A stretch of DNA of 64,000 nucleotides from positions 310,001-374,000 of the forward strand of contig NW_020845049.1 of the NCBI RefSeq assembly GCF_003704095.1. Direction: 5' to 3'. The stretch is from Pocillopora damicornis (lineage: Eukaryota). Position numbers and translations under genes: made by a program. Positions 50,948-63,555 of the stretch are shown one piece after another. Position 1 is the first letter of the stretch; each line of letters begins with the position of its first letter. The notes under the pieces were generated by a model, which saw only the letters and a program-made list of their open reading frames with translations, ran no database searches and had not been told where the DNA came from.

Positions 50948-53900
50948 AAGACTGATTTAACCGTAAGTTGATTACGGCTTCATTAATCTATATTTTGGTC
51001 CACAGATCCTTGAAATATATCGACTTGCGGTTGATAGACCGAGGATTTGTATATCGTTCATCCCTGGAGCTGGAATTCAGTGCTATCGCCTGTTACATCG
51101 GTTCTGGATCTGGTTCAAGAAGCGTTGATGGCAGCAGTGAGTCCAGCGGGCCGACCAGCGCAGACGGGAAAGATGAGTCAAACACAGGCAGTGGAACCGT
51201 GTGCAGAACAAGTCATTACTCTTCCAACTATCCTTTACCTGTGATTCTTGTGTCCCGCTCCGTCTTCAAAGCATTTCAGTCAGATTTCTACGGATACCCA
51301 AAGCATTTGCTGCTCCCCACAACTCCACAGACGCGCTGGGCGGGGCTTGGACGCCCTCCCGTTGTGACGTCAAATCCGCGTCACCAGTCGCTTTACTACA
51401 GAGAGTGGACTGAACCCAAACCCAAGCAAGTCCCAGGCCCTCAACAGGACTCGGCCAATCGACAGCCAGTGATAACTTTAAGAAGTGCAAGTGGAGTCGT
51501 AATAAGCCCGGATATCGCTGGTAAGTTTGTTTCCTTGGCAACCATGTCGTCAACGAGTGCGGATCTAGAGAGGCGCCAATGGAGCTTTAGCTCCCCATTT
51601 TACTGGAATTGTAATTTTTTATTTGCAATGTATGGTTGTTTGAGTGAAAGTTATCTGTTTGCTGGTGTGAAGCGAGGTTGTAATCTTACGGCGTCTTCTT
51701 TCAGAACTCTCTGGGTCCAAACTTATCCAGTAAAGGAGTTATTTCATTTTTCATTTAGTAGTAAGCAAGGCATTGATGTAATGTTAACAGTGAAAAAAAA
51801 ACGGCAATAATCAAAACAAGTTTAGGTTAGCTCTTGTGCAACATCTTGTGCAACAAAGAAATAATCCAGCTACGTTCGTAGATTATGAATCGTGAATCGC
51901 AAGCTGACTTCAAATGTTGATTTTTCCTTGCAGACGTTGTGGAAGAAGATGGAATGTCCGCCGTGGAGTCCTTTGCAGAAAGCAACAGAATGACTTCAAG
52001 TGAGTTAAATTCATAAATGCGAAAAAAAAACACACATATACACACAAGAAAAGATCATTATAGGAACTAACAACTGCATGTAGGTATCCCAGTTTTCCTA
52101 CAAAATTTTTACAGTTTACCCTAACAGTTCGCTCTTAAGCTTTTTCACTCCTTGAAGAATGGAGACCTCGTGAGTGTAAAATATCCAGCCAAGGCTTGAA
52201 ATTAATCTGCTCTGTCAGGAACTCAGTGAGCTAACCAGTTCTTGGAAGCGTCTCCTACCTATCACAAAAGTCCCTTGCATTCTTGTAGCGAACCAAGTAT
52301 AAGTAGAGTCGGATTTTACATAACGAAAGCTGTTTTGAACGCTGAAACAAATACATGATAGTGCGTACGAATGCGAGTTATGCCTGAGTATGTTTACATG
52401 ACTGATCTTCCTAGCCCCGATAAAGCAGTAATCGAGTGTCGAAAACCCACAACCACAACTTCCAATCAGAACAAAGATGATCATGATCATTAACCAATGA
52501 GAACTCGAAGTAAAAACAGGAAACCTGCGCTGGAAAATCTGAGTTGGGAATGGTTCTAGTTTTGCATTTGATTGGTTAAGATGGTGGCGCGAGTTTTCTT
52601 GACCAATCACTGAGAGAAGTAAAGCAAAACCAAAGCCATCCGGGATCAATTGAAAACTGCTCTAGTGTACTGTATTAATCTGTTGCACCCGTTTGTTATA
52701 AATGTTGTGCCATATGACGTACCATATGATACAGATGATGAAAAGTTTGGGCGTTTGAGACTCTTTACGAATATTGTGCGGGCTTTCAGATGTTGTTAAA
52801 TTTAAAGTGTTGTGTAATTGTTTGTTCATCGCTGAAGTGAGTACCAGTGAGGGAGAAGAAAGTGGTGGCGAAGATTCCAAGTCTGCTGTTGAAAATGGGG
52901 TAACAAAGAAACCTAGAAACGATTTAGAGGCCGGCGAAAAGCAAGGACATCAACCAGTGTTTGGTAAGTGGTGATTTAACAGAGCGGTTATCATCACTGA
53001 CGAAATTAACCTATGAAAGTGCGGAGATAAATCAAGTTACCTTTAATGAACGCAAGAGAGATGTCGTGAACCAAGTGACGTCTTTTTTCAAACTTACCTT
53101 CGTTTTACTGGAGGAAATCTGAAACCTAATGTTTTTCTTTTGATTTTTGAAAGTCTATCGCAAAAACACTCCATACCTGTACTCTTTTTTTCGGTTATCA
53201 TTCCTAAGAGCATTGAGTACTCCGGCGTGGGGCCACTGTATGTCAGAATATCACTTTAATTTGACCTGGATATCTCGAGCTAAGGCTACCCTCCCCCCTC
53301 CCCCCTCCCCCCTTAGTTCGCAATTGTTTCTGTAAGTCACTCAAATGTTATCTCAGATACTTCGAACTTAAACCGTCTCTCCGGGTTTGTACCTGTGTCT
53401 GTATATCAATGTTATTTAATCTTGGATATCTCAAACGTAGGTTGTGTCCTCGTGCGTGGACATTTGTCATTGTGTAACTGTCAGTTATCGTTGATGTCTC
53501 GACCTTAGACCGTGAGCCAAGGCATGAATGGCGGGAGGGGGGAAGGCAGCATCTAACTTTAATTCAACTCAAGATTTCGTGAATTTACGCCGCCACGTGG
53601 GTTGAATCAATTTTAAGTTGCTTAGAGTATTTAGAGTAAATTGCCCACTTCTCGTGCTTCCTTTAGGTGCCGCTCTTCTGCATCGTCTTTATGGCATGGC
53701 AGCTAGCCCGCGGCAAGACTCTATCAACGGAGAGGCAGTTGTACACAGTAGCAGCAGCAGAGATGAGGCAGAGCCAGCCAGAACTGAGAGATACCATCCG
53801 AGATCGATTCTGTTCAGTGGACCGCCACAGGTAATGTTGAGTACATTGCACAAACAGAGAGCTGGTTCCTCCAGAACTCGAGCTTCACCTTTTACACCTT

Positions 53901-56900
53901 AACATCAGCATGCATATTCTCCATACTGTTCTCTATACATTTCCTAAGGCACTGACGAGGAGAATTTGTTTAACAATCAAGAGCTTCTTAAGTTGGTGAC
54001 CATTTCCTTTATTCTCATGACCTTAATGTGTGATTCAGGGGTGATATTGTAAGGAGAATTTAGATGCCGGTCACTCTTAGGGGTCGAGGGGTTAAGTGGT
54101 TTCCAAGTGGTGATAGGTTTTATTGCTTTTCAAAACTGATCTTCCTTTCAATTTTTGTGGTCGAGAACTTCTATTGGACCCAATTGTCATGATTTTGTGT
54201 TCTTTTGTCATTCATCAATAACTGTGAAGTGTCTACAGTTTTGTCTTGGATTTTGTAAATAAGGGCCTCCTCGCACCTCTGTTTTTTAATTTTATAGGTC
54301 GGAAAAACACACGCTTACCTCCATTTTGTTCGTCTTCTGCATCAAATGGTTCAGAAACTACGGCGAGTGGATGTGTACGATGAAACTATCAGTATCCCTG
54401 ACGAAAGTTCTTCGCAAACCACACCCACCCCCTTAGAGAACGACCAAGAGAGAATGGCATGGCCCGTATATAAGGAAGTGTCAAAGCTTCCTTTCAATTG
54501 TGTCCTACGCGAACACCGATCCAGTGGAACAAGCCAGCTTCGGATCAATGCCTCAATAATGAACACTGTGTCCGGAGACACTTCCGGTCAGCCCCTTTCA
54601 ATCAAACTGTCTCCAGGGCGACCAACCTGTCCCATGATGCTTTCGAACTGGGCAGCATACGACATATATCACCACTGCGACAGTTGTAGGAATTACCGTG
54701 AAGGAATGGGAATGAATACGTCGTTGAGTTGCGTGTACACATTGCAGTGTGGAGAGAAGCTGCAGTTTATTATACCGCATAGGTGTTTACATAGCTTTAC
54801 CTTCACTAAGGAGAAGCAGCTACGGAGCTTCCGCCTTCCTGTGGTGCTAACGGAAGGCCGTGGCGAGGTTGTGAAGCCGCTGAAGACGGAGTCAGGAGGG
54901 ACAGTAGGAGTCGTTAAGAGTCCCATAATGATGCCGAGCACAGGAAGGCATGAATATGGTGAGAGCAATTTTGTGTCTTTGCCATTCAGGAAGTTGAACC
55001 CTCACGGGATTATATAAAACCTCGTTGTTTCCTATGAGTATGATGGAAACTTTCAAATTGTATTTTGAAATGGAAATGTTTCGTCGATAATAAAGTGACG
55101 TTTGTCCACATTTAAATTAATTTAAAAAGCAAGGGGGCACATATCTCTAATGCAACACAAATTTTAAACAGCTCAAGGTCACTGATCGACGGAATTTTGC
55201 TGACCTTTTCACATCCTTGTTGTTATCCAAACCAGACAATGCGATGCATCGCATGCACTCAGTATGCATGTAACAAATTACGCAGTTGTGACTTGCCAAA
55301 GGTTTCCTTTCCATGAATTTAATTGAGTGGCAACAACGATGTAAGCCTGTGAAATGAATTTGTCTGATCAGAGTATAAAATCTTGCGTCAGTTTGTGTGC
55401 GTCTTAATCCATTTCCACTCTCGTCACTAGCTATTCTATGTCTTCATCTCCCAATGGCTAATCTACTTTGAAACGAGGCCAGTTTTCTTTTTCGGTAATC
55501 TGCTATTGCAAAAACTTCAACTGGCCGGTCAGTTTTTTTTTCTGGCGGTCATAAACGAGTTTGCGCATTTCGACTGCAAAACGATGGGAAATAAAAACTT
55601 GTTAAGATAATAATTTGGGAAGAACAACTGGCTGTTGTGAATTCGGGTTTACGAAGGAAAAGTTTTCTTGACAAGATTATTTAAGGTGTGTGTTCGTTAA
55701 CATTTTTTAGGCCTGCTAAACCTGTACCACGCATTTGAAGGAGAGGATCACACCCTACTTGTGTTTGTTAAGCACCAAGAAATGGCCCTCTACCAGAAGA
55801 CCTGGCCTAATCACGTAATCGTTGGGCTTCCTGTGAGCGCTGACACGCAGGGACTGGGAGCTGCGCGATATTACATAAAGGTAAGACGACAGTTACTATG
55901 AGATGACGCGAAATTTGGCTGAGGATGCAAGCGCGAAAGGGTTATCCTTTATAATGTTTTCTGAGGCGCAACAGACTGGCATTTCGTATGATACTAGAAC
56001 AGTTGTCCCTTGCGAAAATGTGTTATGTCTCGAATACAGGTCGTGGAAATCACGATTCCTTTGTTGACCCAGGACCTACTAGGGGTCCATGAAAAACGTT
56101 TGGTGCGCAAATTCTTTAAACTCCGGGTCGGAAAAGTGCTAGGACAGAAGTCAGATTTAACACAACATCGATCTACTTCGCGATGGAAGCCTAGATGGTC
56201 AACGCTTTAGTGTTTTGTTTGGTGCGTATTTCTTGCTGTTTTATCTGGTCTGGTTTTTTCTTGCTCAATTGTTATCGTGTTGGATTACAGCGTCATGATT
56301 GTCGATGTCCCTTTGCAGGAATTTGCCACGGAGAACTGGCTTGTAGAGCGTGAACGACATGCAATTGATGGCAAGCGCGGCCAGGATGTGTGGCCTTTTA
56401 TTGTCATGATGGACGACTCTTGTGTCATGTGGCAGAACCTTCTCAAACAGACCAAGTAAGTAGAGATTTTAAGTTTGGGGAAATATTTAAAAGTTGATTT
56501 TAAAGATTTTAAAGACCATTATAGATATTTTTTTCCACGTCTCTCTTTTGCGTGTTTGAAGACAGCGTCATGGTAGTTCGTGACGACGAGAACGAGATTT
56601 TTCATTTCTCTTCCATTCTTGCTTGATGTCATTTCACTTTATTAAAATATATGCCTTGACAATTGTGGAGGAAGAACAACCGAAAACCGCATAATTGCGT
56701 GGACGAGAGAGAAGCGGTGACTTAAAGAAATAAAGGCTAACGTCTGAAAAACCGTATGCGTTGTAGGTTATTTGGTTGTTTTATTGAATGTAATCTCTGG
56801 GTTTTGCGATAGATAGGGTTTTGCGAACTGCAAAAACATAGTCGAAGACATCACAACTGAATAATACGGTAAACGTCCACTCCGAACAAAGGAAAATGTC

Positions 56901-58305
56901 TCAAGAGTCTACTGAGAGCTCAAAGTATAAATAAAATAAACTAACGAACTGTTTGAAGCGTGTAGTAACGGTAGTGACCAAGTTACGTTGGGTTTTGCTT
57001 TGCCATCTGATTTGTTGTGAGAGTGCCACTAGTTTCCAGACTATCACAGAGCGAAGTAAGATTTTCTTTAAAATGACAGCAATTTTCTACACAAAAAATT
57101 TGTTACGTCATAGTCCTAATTAGATTTCTCCATTTGTTTGGCTTTAGAGAGGAGCCCTCCGTCAAAGAGGTTGAAGGTCCTTCATTTGTGATGACGTCCC
57201 TCTGGAGGGTCCTTCAACATTTGGAAAACACGCCAGACCTCCTAAACTACGGCATGTTAGGCCTGCAGCAGTATAGTGCCGACGCCTCGATACCTGTTTC
57301 ACAAGGCTCCTTCTCACATTGTCCCTTGCATACCACGGTCATGTTAAACCTGAGCAAGCTGCAGGGAATCAAGTACAACCCGAATCGATACTGGTGGGAA
57401 GACCTCGACCTGAGTCTTCACGTGTTGGCCAGCGGAATACCTACCTGCCGCTTCAACCACTTGGTCGTTGCTAAGAAACGCATCCAGACAGGGGGTGCCG
57501 TCGCCTTCAATGAGGAGCCAGCCCAAAGTGCTGACAAAGGCAGTCCTAACAGAGAGACGCATCCCGGCGATTTATTAGTGACTGCCCCTGACCGCGAGGA
57601 TACACCCTATCTCTCTGTACCTGCCTACTACCTCCTAGAGCGCTACCTTGAGCTAATGGGTTCAGTGCGACTCTTTCCCGAGGCTGTGGATAAACCAGAG
57701 CATCCAGTTCTGGTGGTGGACTGTTACGTTAATCTTGGTCCAAGGGTTTGTTTAGAGTTTGTCAGTTCACATGGCTGGGACAAAAGCAAGAAGAAGGATA
57801 ACGAAGGCATCAGGTTTGACTGTTTGTTGCATTCCTTGAAGGAGCCATTCGTCACTTTGAGTGTTACTAGAAATCTTGCCCCACGACAAAATTGTAATTG
57901 ACAAAATGGAATGCGGAACAGTAACTCATACTTTTCGCTGCGGTGAAATCTAGTGCAAAGATTTTTTTTTCCCTTCACCTCAAATGTATACGTGTCTCTC
58001 TAGTTAACTCAAGCTTCTGCTATTAGTTCAATTTCCTATGATTATTTTCCAGGTATGGAGGACTGTTGCTATATTTCTGTAGCCGTTCAGTTTCAGCGGC
58101 CTTCCTGTCGCAATTCAAGTTCGCCCCAGGCTCTCGCCTTTGCCTGGTGTGCCAAGACCGAAACACGCTCAGACAGGAAGTGGCACGATTAGACTTGGAG
58201 GATCATTGGCGCTTCCGGTTAAGGGACGAATTTCAGACGGCGAATAGCCCGGATGAACCTGCGCTATACTTTCTTACTGGAAGATATGATGCTCAGGAAA
58301 ACTGA
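37167..58305 (+). CDS. GREB1L: GREB1/GREB1-like protein, ~2021 aa; coding exons 37167-37395, 43415-43666, 44257-44610, 45613-45723, 46347-46544, 46854-48368, 48766-48928, 49200-49454, 49944-50050, 50644-50767, 51006-51520, 51934-51999, 52838-52963, 53667-53830, 54298-54958, 55711-55880, 56319-56455, 57148-57813, 58053-58305
   Basis: Hallmark blocks: [67 protein letters not shown]|[35 protein letters not shown] and [12 protein letters not shown]...FLTGR. All phases are consistent (6066 nt). The first exon and the small low-complexity exons are less certain. Confidence 0.93.
37612..37779. mobile_element. TTAA MITE, partial, in opposite orientation to 15351-15562
   Basis: Reverse complement of the 15351-15520 interior; ends gagttaaagggttaa. 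Confidence 0.8.
38083..38294. mobile_element. Full-length TTAA MITE (212 bp)
   Basis: TTAA-CCCTTTACCTCCCA ... TGGGAGTTAAAGGG-TTAA. Closely matches the reverse complement of 43157-43350 and 61233-61446. Confidence 0.9.
40649..40857. mobile_element. Full-length TTAA MITE
   Basis: ttaaccctttaactc ... gggagttaaaggattaa; same subfamily as 15351-15562. Confidence 0.87.
43157..43352. mobile_element. TTAA MITE, right end damaged
   Basis: ttaaccctttgactcccaagatctcattag...; matches the reverse complement of 38083-38294. Confidence 0.85.
43717..43925. mobile_element. TTAA MITE
   Basis: ttaaccctttcaatctcaag ... ggggttaaaggattaa. Confidence 0.85.
44639..45050. mobile_element. Two tandem degenerate TTAA MITEs sharing a TTAA at ~44836
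   Basis: ttaaccctg...agaggttaa, followed directly by ttaaccatttg...gggggtgaaagg. Interiors match 53885-54095 and 18346-18557. Confidence 0.72.
49460..49587. mobile_element. Internally deleted TTAA MITE directly after a splice donor
   Basis: ttaactctttgacttccaagagtgact ... ctgatgtttgggttaa, starting 5 nt into the intron. Confidence 0.7.
50899..50946 (+). repeat. Poly-G homopolymer (G48)
   Basis: Read directly from the sequence; intronic. Confidence 0.9.
52425..52645. mobile_element. MITE family 2 copy
   Basis: gattggtt/aaccaatc-rich interior; ends caattgaaaactgctcta. Confidence 0.7.
53885..54095. mobile_element. TTAA MITE in the intron that splits the GREB1 Walker A motif
   Basis: ccttttacaccttaacatcag ... 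ggggtcgaggggttaa. Confidence 0.82.
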
Positions 58306-59964
58306 AAACTTAGTTTTCCTACGAACAGGATAGAGGCTTATCATTCGCGCTCCGGCCTCAGAACACAATCAAGATATGGCCTTATACTCATCTGCGATTT
58401 ACGACATTTTAAATGCTCGTTTCTTTAGGCTCAGAAGATCCGCTGGCCAAAAAAATGGCGTCTACGAGTTTTCGCTTGGCAAATAAATGTTAGTGACAAT
58501 GTTTAAAGCTTACAGAGTTGATATACAGAGTAGACTTTTTTACTTCGCTTTACTGGTTTATTAATCTTCATGTAAATATTTATTTGGCGATAGATTCTCT
58601 TTCTGTGAAAGAATCTAAAGACTGTAATCCTTTTTTCAGGCACATGAACTTAGCCAAATTATTCTATTTAATGATAAAAATCTTTGCCTACCGTGTGGTT
58701 TGGCAAGTGAAGAGTACAATTTTAAAGAAAACTGCGTACGAGTTGGAGAGAACAAAAATTTAGAATATTGTTAGGGTTACACGTTCGAAAGCTAGTTTCA
58801 GTGTAGAAGTGGCGACCGTTACTTCTCGCTGTTTTGCGCATTGTGCTCGCCAAGCTCATGAAATTTTCCAAGAAGTAGAAGTTTTAAAAAGATATTAAAT
58901 AACCTTAACGGGGGAGCATTTTACTTCAATTTTTTAAAAAAAAAGGCAAACATTCCATATCATTGAAATTATTATAGTTATAATTGTCATCATTATATAT
59001 TTTATAACTTTCGTTATAACTGTCATATTTTTGGACTATTATGTTTATTGTTATACATAGCCATACGTGTAGATTAGAATTTCCGAACGGAGATTGAAGT
59101 AACGAGTTAAAATTGTAAGTTATGTTGTATATACTTCTAAGTTATGCGCCTACTCTGTATCGTTAGAGTGACTAACTGTATAGCTGGATTTTCCTTGGAT
59201 TTTCTTTTGCTTTGTAATTCGCTCACGTCAGTCCAAACACTGGTCGAGGAAATTTTTAATCTAGTTTCCAAAGTAATATGATATTCCAGTAGTTTTGCTT
59301 CTCTGTATAGGAGAGGACACTTACTTGTGGGATCAGTAACGCGCTTCTGCTTTAAGGTTCTCATTTCTTATATTTGTGCCATTCATCTTCGTTTTGACTT
59401 TTACGGTAGTCAATGAAAACAAAAACACAGAAACCCTGAAGTAGTTTTAACTTTCTTGGATAAATTTTCCAACTTTGCGCGAGATGGGGAGTGGGGGGAA
59501 TGACGTCTCTCCGTTATTTTTAAAGCCTCAATGGATAGTTGGCGCTAAATAGGGTACGATTTTCAAAGTGTTTATTCTAAGACAGGTACAAAATTTTTAT
59601 CCGAAGTCCCTTAAAGAGGGCGTCATTCTGGACCAGAATTCTCGACTGGTGTGTGAACTTATCGGTGCACGATTTTGCATTAGGAATTACCTTTTTTTTG
59701 TCTCAGTATATGGTAAAGAGAGCTCTCTAAAGTCAATATATCGCATTTATACAATTTATACAATTTGTTTCTGAAACAGGGTAGCAAAATGGACGCTTTT
59801 TTTTTTTTTCTCAAACCAAGGTCGGGGTTTGTCAGTACCCCTTCACCTTCCCCCATTCTAAGTGCCCTCTTTCCACCCCCCCTTCTCCGTAAATAAGGCT
59901 ACTCGACTAGATGGTTAAATGTGACTGATCGCCTTTCGTTATGGAGCTGCCACTGGTAACGTTA

Positions 59965-62354
59965 TCAATGCAGTCGTTTGGTGATGAACTGCACATTTTG
60001 TGAAGAAGTCAGTATTGATGATCGAACTTTCCCCTGCACTGAGATCGCCAGGCAGTGTAGCCGGCGAGGAGAAAATTCCTTGCTAAGGCTGGTGAAAAAT
60101 TCTGTGTCCAGCTTCTCTCGGAGCTCACAGGACGGGATCTTTGAAGCCTGAAAAGCGACGAGAAATGACTTTTAGATATGATCTAAAGAATACCAAACGT
60201 ACTTGCTTTGAAACTTAAATCCCTGACGGGAAAGAAAAATTTAAAAACGGCAAGCAAGCAACATAAAACACACGGATAGTTATCTGGTTTATGAAATTTG
60301 CCTGGGTACGCATAATATTTGTAACCAGTTGATTGACGCACACAATTAAAAGAAACAGAGTCTCCAATCGCTATTATTTCATGTTCACACAATAATTGAA
60401 AAAATGTCTTCACTAAGAATCTTACGTCCAAGATTAAAACTTAACCTAAACCAGAATTGTCGCCAATCGATGTTTCCGGTCTGCTATTCAGAACAACAGT
60501 ACCAAAAGTTAAAAGGTTCTTCAATGTTAGTTTTATACTCATCGGCACTTACCGAAGTAACTATGTTCCCACGGTCGTCAATGCCGACGTAAAGCCGAGC
60601 TTCTGCAGCCCACAAAGTAACTATGTTCGGTCCCACAGAGTTGAGATGAAACACAGCTGAGGAGAGGAGCATAAGGTGTTGTCTTACAGCCAAGTGGCTC
60701 ACAATTAGCAGTGCTTATCCCTAGTCTCAGTGGCACAGTGACTAGAAATATGTCTACTCTGAATGAGATGCTAATTTCTTGGAGGTAACCCTCCTTCCTC
60801 AGCTCGTGAATTGGGATAAGCATCATCAGAGTGAAGTTTTTACCCTAAGAACATGATACAATGACCTGGGGAAGGAAACAATCCTGAACCTATCGACCCG
60901 CAGTCTCGTGCGTCCCCAAACACTGGGCCTCTGCGTTTGCTCAGTGAAATAGGAAATAATCAGCGATCAAAGCGTTATTTGGAGATTTCGCACCATTGGG
61001 AGTTCGCTTCCTGTCACCTTTGCGAGTTCGCCCATTGAAGTAAAGCAAATTCGCAACCACCTTTATCAATTCGCCCCCAAATCTTTCAGCTAGTTTCCTT
61101 TAGAACGTATTCCTTTTCAGTCAAAATCATAGCATTTCGTACAACGGTTTGAACCCGAGATCTCCAGGCCATCAATTGAACATTTTTGTACTTTCTCCCT
61201 GACAAATGCAGGATGCTCAAATATTAACCTGATTAACCCTTTCACTCCCAAGATCTCATTGGTAACTCTTCTTACTATCTGCCATACAATTCTTATAGTG
61301 TTAGTTCGGAGAATTTGGTATTGGATCAACAAATAATCCCATAATTAATATTTTTCTTTATTCTTATCACCTATCTGCTTGATATTGTATTGATATTGTA
61401 AGGAGAAATTCTGTCTTGGTCACTTGTGAGAGTGAAACGGGGTTAATCTTTCCATTCCTGTGATCTCATCAGTAATTCTCCTAACTGTGTGCCGTACAAT
61501 TCTTTTGATGTTAGTTTAGAGAATTTGGCATTGGTTTAACTAATAATCCTTTAGTTGATAATTTTATTTATTCTCGTCACATGTCTGCGTGATATTGTAT
61601 TGATATAGTAAGGAGAAATTCTGTCTTGATCACTCATGGAAATTGAAGGGTTAATACATGGTCTCGCTACCAATCTAATTTTCACGGCTGCAGCTCAATT
61701 GTTAGAGCATACAGCCCCCGTAAAATCGGAAGGTCTGTGGTTTGAATCCAAGGAGGCGACTTTGAATTTTTTCATTTCCCCACGTTAGCGAGCCATATTA
61801 ACAAATTTCCTCATGGTAAATAATTGCCAAAACATTGTTATTGTACAAGAATGTTATGTTGTTAAGGACTTGAAATCCCTGTAAACTTACACACAATCTA
61901 AATCTCCTATCAAGAGAAAGTGTAAAGTGTTTCTCAGATCTATTACTTCTTTATTTTTTTTTCTTGGAAAACCTTCAATGAAAAGGGAGCAGTCCATACT
62001 GATAACTGTCGCCAGCAAAAAGGTTGTGTAATGAAACCTTTCAACGTTGTTGTCGTATCTAAAGAAGCATACTCTTTTTCCCCGCAGCAGTTATTTCCTA
62101 AAATCTCATTTCATTGCGTTGATTAAAAATTTATAACCTTCGAAAAAGGTGGAATTCCTTATTCACTGTTTTTGTTGGTTCCATGTAATGGTACGACAGT
62201 AATTTTGGTACTTACTATAGATGCTGTCGTTGTTTTTCGTTCCTCTTACTGTACCATCAGGTCGTACCTCCAGGAAATGACCATTCCTGCATTGCAGTTT
62301 TCTTTTTCGAGGCAGTAAATCTACCCCGCTAATTTCAGTCAATCGAAAAACCAT
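59965..62354 (-). CDS. Fibroblast growth factor, FGF1/2-like, 141 aa; exons 62354-62216, 60656-60553, 60147-59965
   Basis: Exon 1: RKLQCRNGHFLEVRPDGTVRGT. Exon 2 is 104 nt (VGPNIVTLWAAEARLYVGIDDRG), the canonical FGF middle-exon size, with phase 1/0 introns. Exon 3: CELREKLDTEFFTSLS...CLAISVQGK. Total 426 nt. Confidence 0.92.
61233..61654. mobile_element. Two head-to-tail TTAA MITEs sharing the TTAA at 61443-61446
   Basis: 61233-61446 and 61443-61654 are direct repeats of the same subfamily. Confidence 0.88.
61686..61815 (+). mobile_element. tRNA-derived SINE remnant
   Basis: A-box-like gcagctcaattgttagagc and B-box-like ggtttgaatcc, with no intact cloverleaf. A SINE-like body (gactttgaattttttc...cccacg) follows. 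Confidence 0.6.
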
Positions 62355-63289
62355 CGTTAGGCGGCGAAAAACGCGCGTATTCTGTCGATCAAGAATTTGT
62401 TGTAAGTGTACGTCTCAGTTGTCGTGTTTTCAGCTGGTTCAGCAGATTGAAAACGGATGAAAAATATAATTGATCTGCCGCCGCTTTAAAATGTTGGCCA
62501 TGTTTTGCCGTGAAACGAAATGCGTGAGAGATTAAATTAAATCATTCTCTTTATCGGTGCATTCAAATTACTCTGTCAATATACTGCAAGCTGGACTGCA
62601 AGCTGGGCTTTTACCGATGTTTTGACCAGGGCTTTGCCAGAGCTTCAGTTCGAAATTTTATTTATTTTTCATCCTTCCAAAAAAATCTGCATCTTGCCAG
62701 AAGTTATTTATCGATGAGTTAGCAGCGATATCCTTTACTGAATCCAGGTGTATTCTTGTTTTTAAGGGTCGGCATAGGAAAGAAAATGTAAATTTACTAC
62801 TGTTTTATTTTGTCGCCCTCATTATAAATTTATTTTCACATGGTGAAATGTCGGATAACGTCGAAAAACCTGTTATTAGTTAATAATCAAATTGAGTCCA
62901 GGGAAAGAAGTTTTTTCCTGTGGGCTTTTATTTAAATGGTTTATGAATCAAGATATCAAGATTGTGAAGTTCCTCCTTAAGACTTATTGAGGTGTACACA
63001 ACAACTAATATCAAAAACTTCATTGAAATTCCTTTTGCTGTATTCGTGGTCAGTAATCAGTCTCGTCTTATTTATTATTTTTTAAGACTCAGTTGGAGTC
63101 TACTAGTATTTGTTTACCTTATTTTCTAGAATACGCTTTTTACTATACGTCAAGGTAATTATAATTTGTCTTTAAATTGCTTTAGAATGATCTCACTATA
63201 TCGGCGACGATATATGAATGGTCTGTGCTGAGATATGGCGTTATTTAAATTCTTTATTCCGCTAGACTCTTTGACACACATCAATTGTG

Positions 63290-63555
63290 CCACTCAAGCC
63301 AAGGCAAAAGAAAAGTAATCATGATAACCAATCCCACCAAAGGAACGTATCACATAGACATACAACGAATAGGAACTTAGGTAAAATGGGCAAACTGCTT
63401 AAAGCGCGGGAAAGCGCACGTGACCAATCCGTGGTTTCTTCCAGTTTAGCATCTGATTGGTTGAGCGGATGTTGCGAGTTTTCTAGGCCAAACACGGCGC
63501 GAGGAAGGCTAAACCAAGGCAATCTTGTATGAATTTAATTTAAAAACTGCGCTGT
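63290..63555. mobile_element. MITE family 2 copy upstream of the FGF gene
   Basis: aaagcgcgggaaagcgcacgtgaccaatc...tttagcatctgattggttgag...; collinear with 52440-52645. Confidence 0.7.

Noticed and set aside
52990-53030. CTGACGA...GAAA hammerhead-like string
   Set aside because: No pairable stem II or flanking stems.
15336-61654. Recurrent ~210-bp units as CRISPR-like or satellite arrays
   Set aside because: They are dispersed, have TIRs and TTAA duplications, and lack spacer periodicity, so they are MITEs.
61686-61750. tRNA gene
   Set aside because: A and B boxes are present but the acceptor and anticodon stems do not pair. It fits a SINE head.
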